Source of the DNA: Octopus vulgaris
Lineage: Eukaryota
Direction of reading: 5' to 3'
NCBI GenBank assembly: GCA_951406725.2
Contig: OX597833.1
Span: 46,748,001 to 46,812,000 of the forward strand
DNA length: 64,000 nucleotides
A model generated the notes under the pieces. The model saw only the letters and a program-made list of their open reading frames with translations. It made no database searches and was not told the DNA's origin. Position numbers and translations under genes: made by a program. Numbering within the stretch: the stretch's first letter is position 1; the number at the start of each line of letters is the position of its first letter. This document shows positions 24,320 to 36,890 of the stretch, one piece after another.

Positions 24320-25710
24320 TTATTCTTTCACTTGTTTCAATCATATGTGGACATACTGGAGCACCACATTAAAGGGTTTTAGTTGAAGAAATTGACTCCA
24401 TGATCTATTCTTTGTAAGCGAGCTGGCAGAAACGTTAGAACACCAGGCAAAATGTTTAGCGGCATTCTGAGTTCAAATTCCGCCAAGGTCAACTTTGCCT
24501 TTCATCCTTTCGGGGTCGATGTAATCGACTTAATCCCTTTGTCTGTCCTTGTTTGTCCCCTCTATGTTTAGCCACTTGTGGGCAGTAAAGAAATATATTC
24601 TTTGTAAGCCTAGTACTTATTCTATTGGAGAGATTCTATTGAACTGATGTCACAAGGAGAGAGAGACATACCAGAGAGTTGTCAAGCAATGGTCGTGGGA
24701 CAAATACACACGCACGCACGCACACACACACACACACACATAGTTATACACACACAATGGGTTTCTTTCAGTTTCCATCTACCAAATGCATTCACAAGGC
24801 TTTGATCAGCTCGAGGCTATAGTAGAAGACAAGGTGCCATACAGTGGGACTGAACCCAAAACTATGTGGTTGGGAAGCTGGCTTCTTACCACACAGCCAC
24901 ATGTTTTTTTTTGTAATTAATACCAGCTTATTAACTGTGGGTTTACAAGTAGAATTCATATTTCAAGTGAGGTGTGCTGGAAAAGATCCACATTATATTC
25001 TACTGGTAGAAGATGTGTCACAGTCTGAGCGGTTTGTGTAATTTCAAATGTTGTTTTCTACATTTTTCTATTACAGGTAATGTAATGTTAGATATGGCAC
25101 TAGGTACATGTACGGTTGTGTGGCAAGAAGATAGCTTACCACACAAGGCAGCGAGCTGGCAGAAACGTTAGCACGACAGGCAAAATACTTAGTAGTATTT
25201 CGTCTGCCGCTATGTTCTGAGTTCAAATTCCGCTGAAGTCGACTTTGCCTTTCATCCTTTCAGGGTCGATTAAATAAGTACCAGTTACGCTCTGGGGTTG
25301 ATATAATCGACTTAACCCGTTTGTCTGTCTTTGTTTGTCCCCTCTGTGTATAGCCCCTTGTGGGCAGTAAAGAAGTAAGAAGTTTGCTTCCCAAAAATAT
25401 GGTTCAGGGTTCAGTCCCACTCTGGGGCACCTTGAACAAGTGTTTTCTACTATCACCCCAGGCCAACCAAAGCCTTGCAAGTGGTTTTGGTAGACGGAAA
25501 CAGAAAGAAGCTTATTGAGTGAGTGTGAGTGCCTTTGTGCTTGTCCTCTAGCTTGACAACCCTATAACTTAGCAGTTCAACAAAAAAGAACAATTTAATA
25601 AATACCAGTGTTTAAAACAGTTAGTACTGGGGTTAATTTGTTCGACTAAAGCCCTTCAAAGAAGTGCCCCAGTATGTGCACAGACCACTAGCTGAAACAG
25701 GTAACAGAAA
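24320..25710. mobile_element. Two older family-A SINEs (24320-24900 minus; 25100-25710 plus), each interrupted by a family-B SINE (24418-24596, 25146-25375)
   Basis: Nested structure; a tattctttgtaagc duplication flanks the first insert. Confidence 0.75.
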
Positions 25711-25733
25711 TAAAAGGTAATATAAGTATGTGC

Positions 25734-25770
<37 letters not shown>

Positions 25771-25773
<3 letters not shown>

Positions 25774-25945
25774 GCACAGGAGTGGCTGTGTGGTAAGTAG
25801 CTTGCTTACCAACCACATGGTTCCGGGTTCAGTCCCACTGCGTGGCACCTTGGGCAAGTGTCTTCTACTATAGCCTCAGGCCGACCAAAGCCTTCTGAGT
25901 GGATTTGGTAGACGGAAACTGAAAGAAGCTCGTCGTATATATGTG

Positions 25946-25985
<40 letters not shown>

Positions 25986-26194
25986 TATATGCGTGTGTGC
26001 CTGTGTTTGTCCCCCTAGCATTGCTTGACAACCTATGCTAGTGTGTTTATGTCCCCGTAACTTAACGGTTCAGCAAAAGAGACCGATAGAATAAGTACTG
26101 GGCTTACAAAGAATAAGTCCCGGGTTCGAGTTGCTCGATTAAAGGCGGTGCTCCAGCATGGCCACAGTCAAATGACTGAAACAAGTAAAAGAGA

Positions 26195-26195
<1 letters not shown>
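25771..26195 (+). mobile_element. Family-A SINE
   Basis: Full-length consensus match. Confidence 0.9.
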
Positions 26196-26227
<32 letters not shown>

Positions 26228-26864
26228 CAATAGGGCTACTGAACATGTAATTTTAACTATATAAGTATGTGCATATATGTAAGTGTTTCTGTGAGTACAT
26301 TGAAGTGTAGGAATGTGTGGGTGTCTGTGCATGTCAGCGTATGTGTGTGTACAGATAGAAGTGTAGGCATATGTGTATATTTGTGTGTGCATGTCTGTAT
26401 AGATGAATGTATGTGTATGTTTGCATGTGTATTTCAAGATAAAGCTTATCTATATGACATAGACTGATACAAGATAATGGCAACAGTGACACTAAGTACA
26501 GCTTAGACACACACACACAACACACACACACACATACAACATGCAGGCACTCATACAAACACAACATGCAGACACACTCACACACAAAGCGTCTACATTG
26601 TTCAACATCTACTGGAAATGGCAACTGAATCTCCCTCAAACCATGCTGTACTGCAATGAATAAAGGTACCTTGAAAAATTTAGTCTGAGGTAAACTGGCT
26701 GAGAAAAAGTCAGGATGGTCATGATTGGCTGCACACCTTTGATTATAGGGTTGTCTAATCGGAGTCAACCTGAGGGGCTAAACAACACACATACCACATC
26801 AATAAAGCATACACACATACACACAAGGATCAAGGCATTTAATTCTGATACTCTCTCTTTCTCT

Positions 26865-27247
26865 TTTACTCTCTTTTACTTGCTTCAGTCATTTGACTGT
26901 GACCATGCTGGAGCACCACCTTTAGTCGAGCAAATCGACCCCAGAACTTATTCTTTGTAAGCCTAGTACTTATTCTATCGATCTCTTTTGCCGAACTCCT
27001 AAGTGACAGGGACGTAAACACACCAGCATCGGTTGTCAAGCGATGTTGGGCAGACAAACACAGACACACAAACACACAAACATACATATATACAACGGGC
27101 TTTATTCAGTTTCCGTCTACCAAATCCACTCACAAGGCTTTGGTCAGCCCGAGGCTATAGTAGAAGACACTTGCCCAAGGTGCCACGCAGTGGGACTGAA
27201 CCCGGAACCATGTGGTTGGTAAGCAAGCTACTTACCACATAGCCACT
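26865..27247 (-). mobile_element. Family-A SINE
   Basis: Near full-length consensus match. Confidence 0.9.
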
Positions 27248-27505
27248 TCAATATAAACAAATTGAAATCCTAAAAGCAAGGTGCCACATGAAAAAAATTG
27301 GTGTGGGTGCTGGTGCCATGTAAAAAGCACTGGTGCTGGTGCCACATTAAAAACAATTCTAATAGATATAAATATATTGAAATCCTAAAAGCAAGGTGCC
27401 ACATAAGAAGCATTGTTGTGAGTGCTGGTGTCACATTTAAAGCAATTCTAATACAAATAAGCTTATTGAGTGATTGAGTATGTGTGTGTGTGTGTGTGTG
27501 TTTTG

Positions 27506-27560
<55 letters not shown>

Positions 27561-27867
27561 GGGCACACAGATAGAAATTGAGACAGAAAGATAGAAAGAG
27601 AGATTCTATAACCAATTAGGTTATGGTACCGAGAAGTAAAACATATAAATAAGCACTGATACCTAGGGAGGCTGAGGAAGGAAGCAAAGGCTTAGAGATG
27701 AACAGAAGGACAGACAGACGAACAGACAGCTAGATGAGTATTGGAGGACACAATAGGGAGAGAGAATGAGAGAAGAAATAAGAATGCAACAGAGAGACAG
27801 AGGAAGATTTGTCTATATTGGAATGTAAAAAAAAAGAACTGTAAAATACTGATAAATAAACACAGCA

Positions 27868-27899
<32 letters not shown>

Positions 27900-27969
27900 A
27901 TGCAAAACTGTATAAAAGTACACAACCAACATACAATCAATAGAATTAAGAGATTAACATATATATAGA

Positions 27970-27984
<15 letters not shown>

Positions 27985-28002
<18 letters not shown>

Positions 28003-28067
28003 AGGAAAGAAAGGAAGGAATGAAGGAAGGAAGGAAGGAAAGACGGAAGGAAAGAAAGAAGGAAGGA

Positions 28068-28102
<35 letters not shown>

Positions 28103-28200
28103 GAAGGAAGGAAGGAAAGACGGAAAAAAAGAAAGAAAGAGAGAGAAAAGGAAGGAAGGAAGGAAGGAAGGAAGGAAGGAAGGAAGGAAGGAAAAGAGAA
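27985..28200. repeat. (GGAA/GAAA)n tetranucleotide repeat
   Basis: Direct. Confidence 0.95.
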
Positions 28201-28272
28201 ACTGAATATATTTTCGTCTGATGACTTTATCACAAGACAGAAATAACAGAGCATGATGACGATGTTTTATAC

Positions 28273-28317
<45 letters not shown>

Positions 28318-28817
28318 CATCATCATTTCACATCCACCTAGTAAAGCCACTCATAAAGCTTTGGTCAGTCATCCCGGGGCTAAAGCAGAAGACATTTGCC
28401 TAAACTGACATGCAATAGAACTGAACCTGAAACCATATGAACTGAGAAGATATCTTCTTGAGCACACGGTCACATTTGCACTTGTGATGTCCTGTTTTTG
28501 TTATTATTATTATCATTATTGTTTTTACGTATTATCATTATTGTTTTTATGTATTTTTGTATTCTTATTCACGTAACATCGTCCGTTTTTCCGTCCTTGT
28601 TTTTGTATACATTCGAGGCTTTCTTTCAAGGAATCTAATGCGCTTAGCTTAGGTTTTCCTTGGGGTTGGCCAGATCGGAGCAATCTCAAGATTAATCAGC
28701 CAAAATTGCAAGGATGATCCGGTTCGTGACTGAAGATTGAAGGCTTCGAATGTCCCGTCCGTGTTTTTTGTATCGTCTTCTAAATGTTTTGTGTTCTTGT
28801 CCCAGTTTGTATTTTTT

Positions 28818-28941
<124 letters not shown>

Positions 28942-28968
28942 GACTATATATATATATATAATGACTAT

Positions 28969-29293
28969 GAGGGCATGTGGCTTAGTGGTTAGGGCATTCA
29001 GCTCATGACTGTAAGGTGGTGAGTTCGATTCCCAGCGACACGTTTTGTCCTTGAGCAAGACACTTTATTTCACGTTGCTCCAGTTCAATCAGCTGGCAAA
29101 AATGAGTAGTACCTGTATTTCATAAAAGGGCCAACCTTGTCACACTCTGTGTCACACTGATCTCCTTGCGAACTATGTTAAGAGTACACGTGTCTGTGGA
29201 ATGCTCAGCCACTTGCACCTTAATTTCACAAGGAAGCTGTTCTGTTGATCGTATCAGCTGGGACCCTCGTCGTCGTAACCAACAGAGTGCTCC
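28969..29293 (+). mobile_element. tRNA-derived CORE-like SINE (head type 1, tail type 1)
   Basis: A box tggcttagtgg, B box gagttcgattcc, CORE-like tgtccttgagcaagacactt; tail shared with 16333-16520. Confidence 0.8.
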
Positions 29294-29316
29294 TATATAT
29301 ATGACTATATATATAA

Positions 29317-29682
29317 CTAGCACTATGACCCGGCAACGCCAGAGCATAGTGCTAGTGCATGCATATACAGCTGCGTGCGTGCACACATACACGCGAGTAC
29401 TGTCCAAATCTCCAACCAATCACATAAAGCTAGCTGGCATTCAATTGGCGTATCATGTTTCGGGCATTTTGATTGGGTTTTGGATAGAAAATTCACAAAA
29501 AAGTCACTTCTATTGATTATTTAATGGCTTTGCGGGGTGACTGGGGAAATATAAAGATGTGCACGACCACCCTTGGACGGTTTTGAATGACCATAAAAAG
29601 TGTGGGCCCTCTAACTGAAAAATTGTGGATTTGTATAAAGGACACACACACACAGACATTTTGCAGTTTATATATATAGAGA
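29317..29682 (-). mobile_element. Non-autonomous Helitron
   Basis: Minus strand A|TCTCTATATATATAAACTG ... ggcgttgccgggtcatagtgCTAG|T. Confidence 0.75.
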
Positions 29683-29687
29683 TGACC

Positions 29688-29718
<31 letters not shown>

Positions 29719-29721
29719 TGC

Positions 29722-30182
29722 ATATATGGGTACAGGATGTCACTGACAGTAAACAACATGAAATACGAAAAAAATGAGTTCAATACGCAAACATTGAGAG
29801 AAACAAATGGAAAACAGGACAAGTAACACAAAGAATGACCCCTTCATCAGTTGTTGGCTGTTTATCTACTCCTCATTTCGAGCACTGAACGACAATGTGA
29901 GTCTTCAAAGACAGTTGCTCCCATAAGTACCAAAATAAAATTTGGGATTTATGGAGGGTCAAAGATGGGAACAAAAACAGGACAGTGGAGACATACAAGG
30001 AAACTGAACGAAAGCAAACATGGAGGGTCGTTAGACCAGAACGAGGGTTGACAACTGATGAAGGGTCATTCTTTGTGCTACTTGTCCTGTTTTCCATTTG
30101 TTTCTCTCATTGTTTTCATATTGAACTCATTTATTTTCGTATTTCATGTTGTTTACTGTTCTGTTGGCGATGTCCTGTACGC

Positions 30183-30190
<8 letters not shown>
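29722..30190. repeat. Long inverted repeat (~135-bp arms), Penelope-like inverted-end element
   Basis: 29722-29856 is the reverse complement of ~30050-30190; TA flanks; CTGATGA in both arms. Confidence 0.7.
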
Positions 30191-30232
<42 letters not shown>

Positions 30233-30341
30233 TTATATATATATATATTTATATATATATAATGAGGGTGATAAATTGAATATTAATTTAAGTAACATCA
30301 ATTTAAAACAGTGCCGAGCATCTAGAAAAATACCATTTGTA

Positions 30342-30390
<49 letters not shown>

Positions 30391-30400
30391 GCATATATAT

Positions 30401-30813
30401 ATAATAGAAATATTAAAATTACTAAGTCTCTCTAAAAGAGATTACGGCAGCGTTACTGGAAATTAATTGTTATCGCCATATTAATATGGCAGTCTTATAG
30501 ATATAAGACTAAAAGCTGTCGCTAATTAGCTCCATGAGGCCATTGCCTTAAGATAGCTATTTGACACACAAACTGTGTCCATTATAACCTTCGAACAAGG
30601 GAGGTCAGCCGCTTCACACTGCTAGTCAGACAGCTACAGACGCGTTTCAGGGTATTTGCCCTTTGTCAATGTAGCGTAGTCAACCCAGCAGGTGTCGCCA
30701 CTGATCGTCTTTGTTCGAAGGTTTTATTTACCTAGTTTCAGTGGAATACATCCACTTGTTTTCAATAATAGAAATATTAAAATTACTAAGTCTCTCTAAA
30801 AGAGATTACGGCA
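30401..30813 (-). mobile_element. 364-nt retrozyme/Penelope-like unit with 49-bp terminal redundancy and hammerhead
   Basis: Direct repeat 30401-30449 = 30765-30813; HHR GCTACA-TTGACAA-AGGG..CCCT-GAAAC-GC-GTC-TGTAGC at 30675-30633. Confidence 0.75.
30633..30675 (-). ncRNA. Type-I hammerhead ribozyme motif, C3U/G8A compensatory core
   Basis: 6-bp stem I GCTACA/TGTAGC, 4-bp stem II AGGG/CCCT, palindromic stem III ACGCGT, GUC cleavage triplet. Confidence 0.7.
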
Positions 30814-31670
30814 TAATACATGACCATACCAGCGCAAACGTTTCTCTTGCCTGCCACTTCCAATGCTTCTTATGTCCAGCATTTCTCTCAGGGCGCTTAC
30901 ACTCTGTTGTATGTGCACACTGACATTACACATCCAGCGGATCATGCTAGCTTCATTTCTTTCAAGCCTACGCATATCCTCTGCAGTCACAGCCCACGTT
31001 TCACTGCTGTGAAGCATGGCAGTTCGCACACATGGGTCATACAATCTACCTTTCACTCTGAGCGAGAGACCCTTTGTCGCCAGTAGGGGTAGAAGCTTTC
31101 TAAACTTTGCCCAGGCTATTCTTATTCTAGTGGTGACACTCTCTGAGCATCCACCTCCATTACTAACTTAGTCACCTAGGTAGCGGAAGCTATCAACTAC
31201 TTCTAGTTTCTCCCCCTGGAGAATCTGTTTTCTGAGTATCTATGGTGTCTATTGCCCCTGTGCATCTGCTGCACACGAAAGTTATCTTCTCAGTTAGTTT
31301 TCCTTTGATGTTGCTGCACTTCTTATTTGTCCATAGCTTACACTGGGTACATCTACCTGAGTGGGTGTGTGATGAGTTTGCCTTCCTACTTACTATAACT
31401 TTGGTCTTTGCTACATTGACTCTAAGGCCTTTTGATTCTAAACCTAGCTTCCACACCCGAAATTTTATTTCTAGTTCTGGTAGCATAGAGGAGCTCCCAG
31501 GGCCAACCCATCTTGAATTCCTCTGTTATTGCTTGGAGGACTATGATGAATAAAAGGGGACTGAGAGTTGAACCTTGGTGGACCCCTACTGCTACCCGGA
31601 ATTCTTCACTATACTCGTTGCCAATCCTAACCTTACTAACGGCCTCTCTGTATAGGGCCTGTACAGCCCT
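30814..31670 (-). mobile_element. Degenerate RTE-clade LINE reverse-transcriptase fragment with inserted PHD-like finger
   Basis: VGVHQGSTLSPLLFIIVL..WELLYA(DD deleted), GLESKGLRVNVAKTKV, KGRLYD.CVRTAMLHSSETW..ERNEASMIRWMC; frameshifted. Confidence 0.85.
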
Positions 31671-32304
31671 TATCTTCTGCAAAAATGTGTCTGGCCATGG
31701 AGAAATATTACTTTCTTTGGAAACAAGTAAGGGTTGGAAACAGAAAGGTCATCTGGCCATAGAAAATCTGTAAGCATCAAAAACTGATGATGAAGAATAT
31801 ATATATATATATATATATATTTCAAAAAATATATTCAAGCAACAGATAATTCCAAAGGAAAAAGGCTTAGATTTTGAGCTGAAATAGTGGAAACCTTAAA
31901 CTCACACTGCTGAAAATTAGGACCCTTTACATACTGAGTTCTTTGATTTAGCACTTCTCAGTGAACTGACACAAATCATCACCATCAGCATCATCATCAT
32001 TTAAAGGCTATATTCCATGCTTGCATGAGTTGGATGGTTTAACAAGGATCCAATGATTTGAAGGACTGCACTATGCACCAGGGTCTACTTTGGTTTCGTT
32101 TTTACAACTAGTGCCCTTCCTAATACCAAGCAGTTTACAGTTTGTACTGGGTGTGTTTTTTGTGCCACTGGCACTATTGAGATCATCCCGGAGCTTGTGA
32201 GTCAACAAATCCAAGAAGGGAGGGAGGATGTAGCATCTGATTGTTAGATACTTTCTAGGTGCAGGGTTCTCTATCCTTTAATTAGTCAACACTTTACTCT
32301 AAGG

Positions 32305-32523
32305 CAGTGGTTTTCAACCAGTGTTCCGTGGAACCTTAGAGTTCCACCAGTACAGTCCAGGGGTTCCGCAAGAAGTTACAAAACTGCTAAAATCAGCAGT
32401 AATTTTTAATTCTCCTGTGCAGATATGTGTGCATAAGACTATTAAATTACTGCACAGGGGTTCCTCGAGCCAGTGGAATGTTTCCTTGGGGTTCCGCTCC
32501 AGCAAAAAGTTTGAAAAGCACTG
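32305..32523. mobile_element. hAT (Charlie-like) MITE
   Basis: TIR CAGTGGTTTTCAA / TTGAAAAGCACTG; 8-bp TSD ctctaagg (32297-32304, 32524-32531). Confidence 0.85.
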
Positions 32524-32814
32524 CTCTAAGGCATATGTATACAGAGTTCTAACAACTGGTTATTAGTATTGCTAGTCTTAAGTGAAATCATAAATAACAT
32601 ATACACCTCCCCATACACACACACATACAGGTGTAGGGGTGACTGTGTGGTAATATATTGCTTCTCAACCATATGGTTCTATGTAGATAGATAGAGAGAG
32701 AGAAAGATTTTTCTGTTTCAGTGATGAGGATTCAGTTGCCTGATCACTTCAATTACTTACTCGTGGAATTAGCAAATAAATACCTGAGTATTCCATAGAC
32801 TCATGTATCCTTAA

Positions 32815-33036
32815 CCCTTTTGTTACCATATTTCTGTTGAGATGTTTGGTGTTTCTTTCAATTAATTTTAAATAAAACAAAGAATTTAGTAAAATGACTT
32901 AGTTGTCATTCTGCTAGTGTTAGGAACATAAATTGTGACTAAGGTTTGGTGGAAGATTTTAATTCAGAACATTTGAAAACAAGACATTTGTACTACAGAG
33001 CCAGAGGTGGTTTCAACTGGATTGGTATCAAAAGGG
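32815..33036. mobile_element. piggyBac-type MITE, copy 2
   Basis: ttaa|cccttttgttacca ... tggtatcaaaaggg|ctaa; internal sequence matches 14304-14525. Confidence 0.8.
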
Positions 33037-33122
33037 CTAATGTAATTCTCAGGTACTATTAGCATGATGGTACTGCATGACTAGGTTGCAATTTTGAATT
33101 ACTGGTACAGTTCATCTAACAG

Positions 33123-33352
33123 ATTTCTTATTTCTTTATTGCCCACAAGGGGCTAAACATAGAGGGGACAAACAAGGACAGACAAAGGGATTAAGTCGAT
33201 TATATCGACCCCAGTGCGTAACTGGTACTTAATTTATCGACCCCGAAAGGATGAAAGGCAAAGTCGACCTCGGCAGGATTTGAATTCAGAACGTAGCAGC
33301 AGACGAAATACCGTTAAGCATTTCGCCCGGCATGCTAACATTTCTGCCAGCT
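33123..33352 (-). mobile_element. Family-B SINE
   Basis: Consensus match. Confidence 0.9.
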
Positions 33353-33453
33353 CTAACTGATTTCTACACAGTTTCCACCACCCAATTTTACCCTCAAGAT
33401 ATGTGATAACCCAAAGGTTATTAAAAATACTTTTGCCCAAAATGTCATGCAGT

Positions 33454-33696
33454 CAGGGCCAGTGTTAGGAAGTGTGGGGACCAATAAGAGAACTGTCAGT
33501 GGGGCTCTGTCTTCTACAAAAGCAGAAGATTGATGCTTTATGCTTTGTGTAGTAAGTCATTCCCAGTCAAAAGCGTTGAGGGCATGATGCTCCACCATTA
33601 GCCACAATATTCTAAATATTCATCAGTGTATCTACTGCACAAGCATGTGTATGGGGCACAGTTTGAATAAATCTAATTAGCTTAAAAGTGGCCCTG
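33454..33696. mobile_element. hAT-type MITE inserted in a family-A SINE remnant
   Basis: TIR CAGGGCC / GGCCCTG; 8-bp TSD catgcagt (33446-33453, 33697-33704). Confidence 0.75.
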
Positions 33697-33789
33697 CATG
33701 CAGTGGGATTGAACTCACGATTAGGACCCTTGTAGTTGTGGATTAACCTTCTTAACCATTCAGCCATACTGTGCCTGGCTGTTGATTAC

Positions 33790-34172
33790 AGGTAAGTTCA
33801 CTGCCATCAATTCCCCACAAAAAAAGTTCACCATGAGAAAGATTTACAAAGAAAATAAATCCATAGTATCTCACTAGTAATAGTTAAAAACTATTTTATT
33901 GCAAAAAAAAAGGGGGGGTGATGACAGTGAACTTCCTCTGCAGTGAATTGATGACGGTAAACTTAGCAGACATGTTTAACGATTACAGATATGCTCACCA
34001 CCATCAATTCACTATGGGGAAAGTTCACTGCAAAGGAAATTTTACTGAGGAAGTATATCCATACTATCTCACTATTAATAGTTAAAAACTATTTTATTGA
34101 AAAAAAACATAGGAGTGTTTTAATGATAGTGAACTTTCCTTGAAGGTGAATTGATGGCGGTGAACTTTCCCT
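33790..34172. repeat. Tandem dimer of a foldback/MITE-like unit
   Basis: Each unit is bounded by aagttcactgccatcaatt.. / ..aattgatggcggtgaactt and shares the internal atccatagtatctcacta..tagttaaaaactattttattg. Confidence 0.6.
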
Positions 34173-34289
34173 GATGTGAAAGTCAACTTTAGAGGAATTT
34201 GAAATCAAAATGTAAAGATAAACAGAATACTGCTAAGCATTTCATCCATCATACCAACAATTCTACCAGGTTGCTGCCTTTGTATACAC

Positions 34290-34499
34290 TTTTACTCTTT
34301 TACTCATTTCAGTCATTTGACTGCGGCCATGCTGGAGCACCGTCTTTAGTCAAGCAAATCGACCCCAGGACTTATTCTTTGTAAGACTAGTATTTATTCT
34401 ATCGGTCTCTTTTGCCGAACCGCTAAGTTACGGGAACACACCAGCATCGGTTGTCAAGCGATGTTGTGGGGACAAACACAGATACACAAACACACACAA

Positions 34500-34530
<31 letters not shown>

Positions 34531-34683
34531 TACGACGGGCTTCATTCAGTTTCTGTCTACCCAATCCACTCACAAGGCTTTGGTCGTCCCGAGGCTTTAG
34601 TAGAAGACACTTGCCCAAGGTGCCACGCAGTGGGACTGAACCCGGAACCGTGTGGCTAATTACCACAAAGCCACTCCTGCGCT
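34290..34683 (-). mobile_element. Family-A SINE
   Basis: Consensus match. Confidence 0.9.
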
Positions 34684-35062
34684 AGAACACAATATTTTTT
34701 TCTACTATAGGCATAAAGGAGAAAGAGGTAAGTCAATTACATGGACCCAAGTGCTCGAATGATACTTATTTCATCAACCCCTAAAGGATGAAAAGTAAAG
34801 TCAACATCAGCAGAATTTGAACTCAGAACATAAAGACAGAAAAAACGCCGCTAAGTATTTTGCCCAGCGTGCTAACGATTCTTCCAGCTTACCACCTTAG
34901 TACAGAGCATAATATCAGTTAATGAATGACACAGGAACAGAAGTCACATAGTTTATCTCATTAGCACAAGAATTCAGCTCTGGTGGACTGTGTCTTATAG
35001 CAGAAACACCTGTAAACTAATGAAGTTAATTATGAAACACCTGCTCCTTTGTCATTCATTCA

Positions 35063-35102
<40 letters not shown>

Positions 35103-35120
35103 CACACACAGACACACACA

Positions 35121-35151
<31 letters not shown>

Positions 35152-35449
35152 TACACAAATACAAGTACACCCACACAGGCAAACACCTACACATTTTCCA
35201 AAACGCATATAGATCTTGTCAGTAATCTTAGGTATAAAGATGGCTAGTGTTATATGTGTATGTGTTTTTTTTTTTATATATACTCACACACACACTTGCA
35301 AACATACATACATGCACACACAGATGTACCTGTAAATTTGCAGCTCTAATTTTGTTGAAATATACATTTTTCATTATGTTTGTCTACCCACACACATAAA
35401 CATATATATGTATATATGTGCATATGCTTATAAATATACATATATATAA

Positions 35450-35505
<56 letters not shown>

Positions 35506-35772
35506 TTATACATATATATACACATACACATAAACATATATATGTATACATGTGCGTATGCGTGTATATATATACATATATATAAATATATATATACATA
35601 CACTTATACATATATAAACAGTTAAAATTTTTATAAGTTACATTTTGGTATTATGGCATACATAGGTGTATGTATATGCATCATATGGGCTTGCACATTA
35701 CATATACACATAAATACATACATATATACATGCATACCTACACAATACATACATATACAAATATATATATAC

Positions 35773-35813
<41 letters not shown>

Positions 35814-35976
35814 AGATAGACAGACAGAGAAAGGAAAATGAAAAATTGTACAACTAAAAGCTAACAAGAAACTTAAATCCTTATTTCTTCCAAGTAACAA
35901 GCAGTTGAAAATGAAACAAAATAAAAACAAAATAAAATAATACAAAAGAATAATTAAAAAATAACAACTTACATAC

Positions 35977-36039
35977 CTGAGAAGATGTTAAGGTAGAAGA
36001 GAAGATGCAAAATCTAACAAATTATATATAAGCATATAC

Positions 36040-36075
<36 letters not shown>

Positions 36076-36419
36076 CAGTCGTTCTTTTTCTTAAAAACTT
36101 AAAACCACAAATAATTAGACAGGTACACTACAGAAATCCACAAGCTTAGTTTTGTAGTGGTGGTGGTGATGGTGGTGGTAGTGGTGGTTTTGGTGGCTGT
36201 TACAGAGGAGAGAGAGACTGTGAGGTTGTAAGTATGAACGAGACTGAATGGATGATAGTAAGAGCATGTCTACTGAATGAAAAGCAATTACAGCATTAGA
36301 AAGTGTTGGGCGTTTGTTTTGGTGTATGGATGGATGGATGGGCGGCGGTAGATGATGACTTGCATCGTGATGACACTGATGATGTATGTATGTGTAAGCT
36401 GAAGAGTGAAGAGCTAATT
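35977..36419 (-). other. Candidate upstream non-coding exon
   Basis: Donor CAG|GTATGTAAGT (tandem GT at 35976 and 35972) followed by a very U-rich intron start; unique sequence; weak acceptor cacctgtag| at 36421-36420. Confidence 0.35.
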
Positions 36420-36489
36420 CTACAGGTGACGATATTGTAATTATACAAATTTACAAGTACATGCATATATATATATATATATATATCTT

Positions 36490-36890
36490 TTCTCTCTTTT
36501 ACTTGTTTCAGTCATTTGACTGTGGCCATGCTGGAGCACCACCCTTTTTTCGTTGAGCAAATCGACCCCAGGACTTACTCTTTGTAAGCCTAGTACTTAT
36601 TCTATCGGTTTCTTTTGCCGAACCGCTAAGTTACGGGGATGTAAACACACCACCATCGGTTGTCAAACGATGTTGGGGGGGACAAACACAGACACACAAA
36701 CACACACATATATATATACATATATACGACAGGCTTCTTTCAGTTTCCGTCTACCAAATCCACTCACAAGGCTTTGGTAGGCCCGAGGCTATAGTAGAAG
36801 ACACTTGCCCAAGGTGCCACGCAGTGGGACTGAACCCGGAACCATGTGGTTCGTAAGCAAGCTACTTACCACACAGCCACTCCTACACCT
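36490..36890 (-). mobile_element. Family-A SINE
   Basis: Consensus match. Confidence 0.9.
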
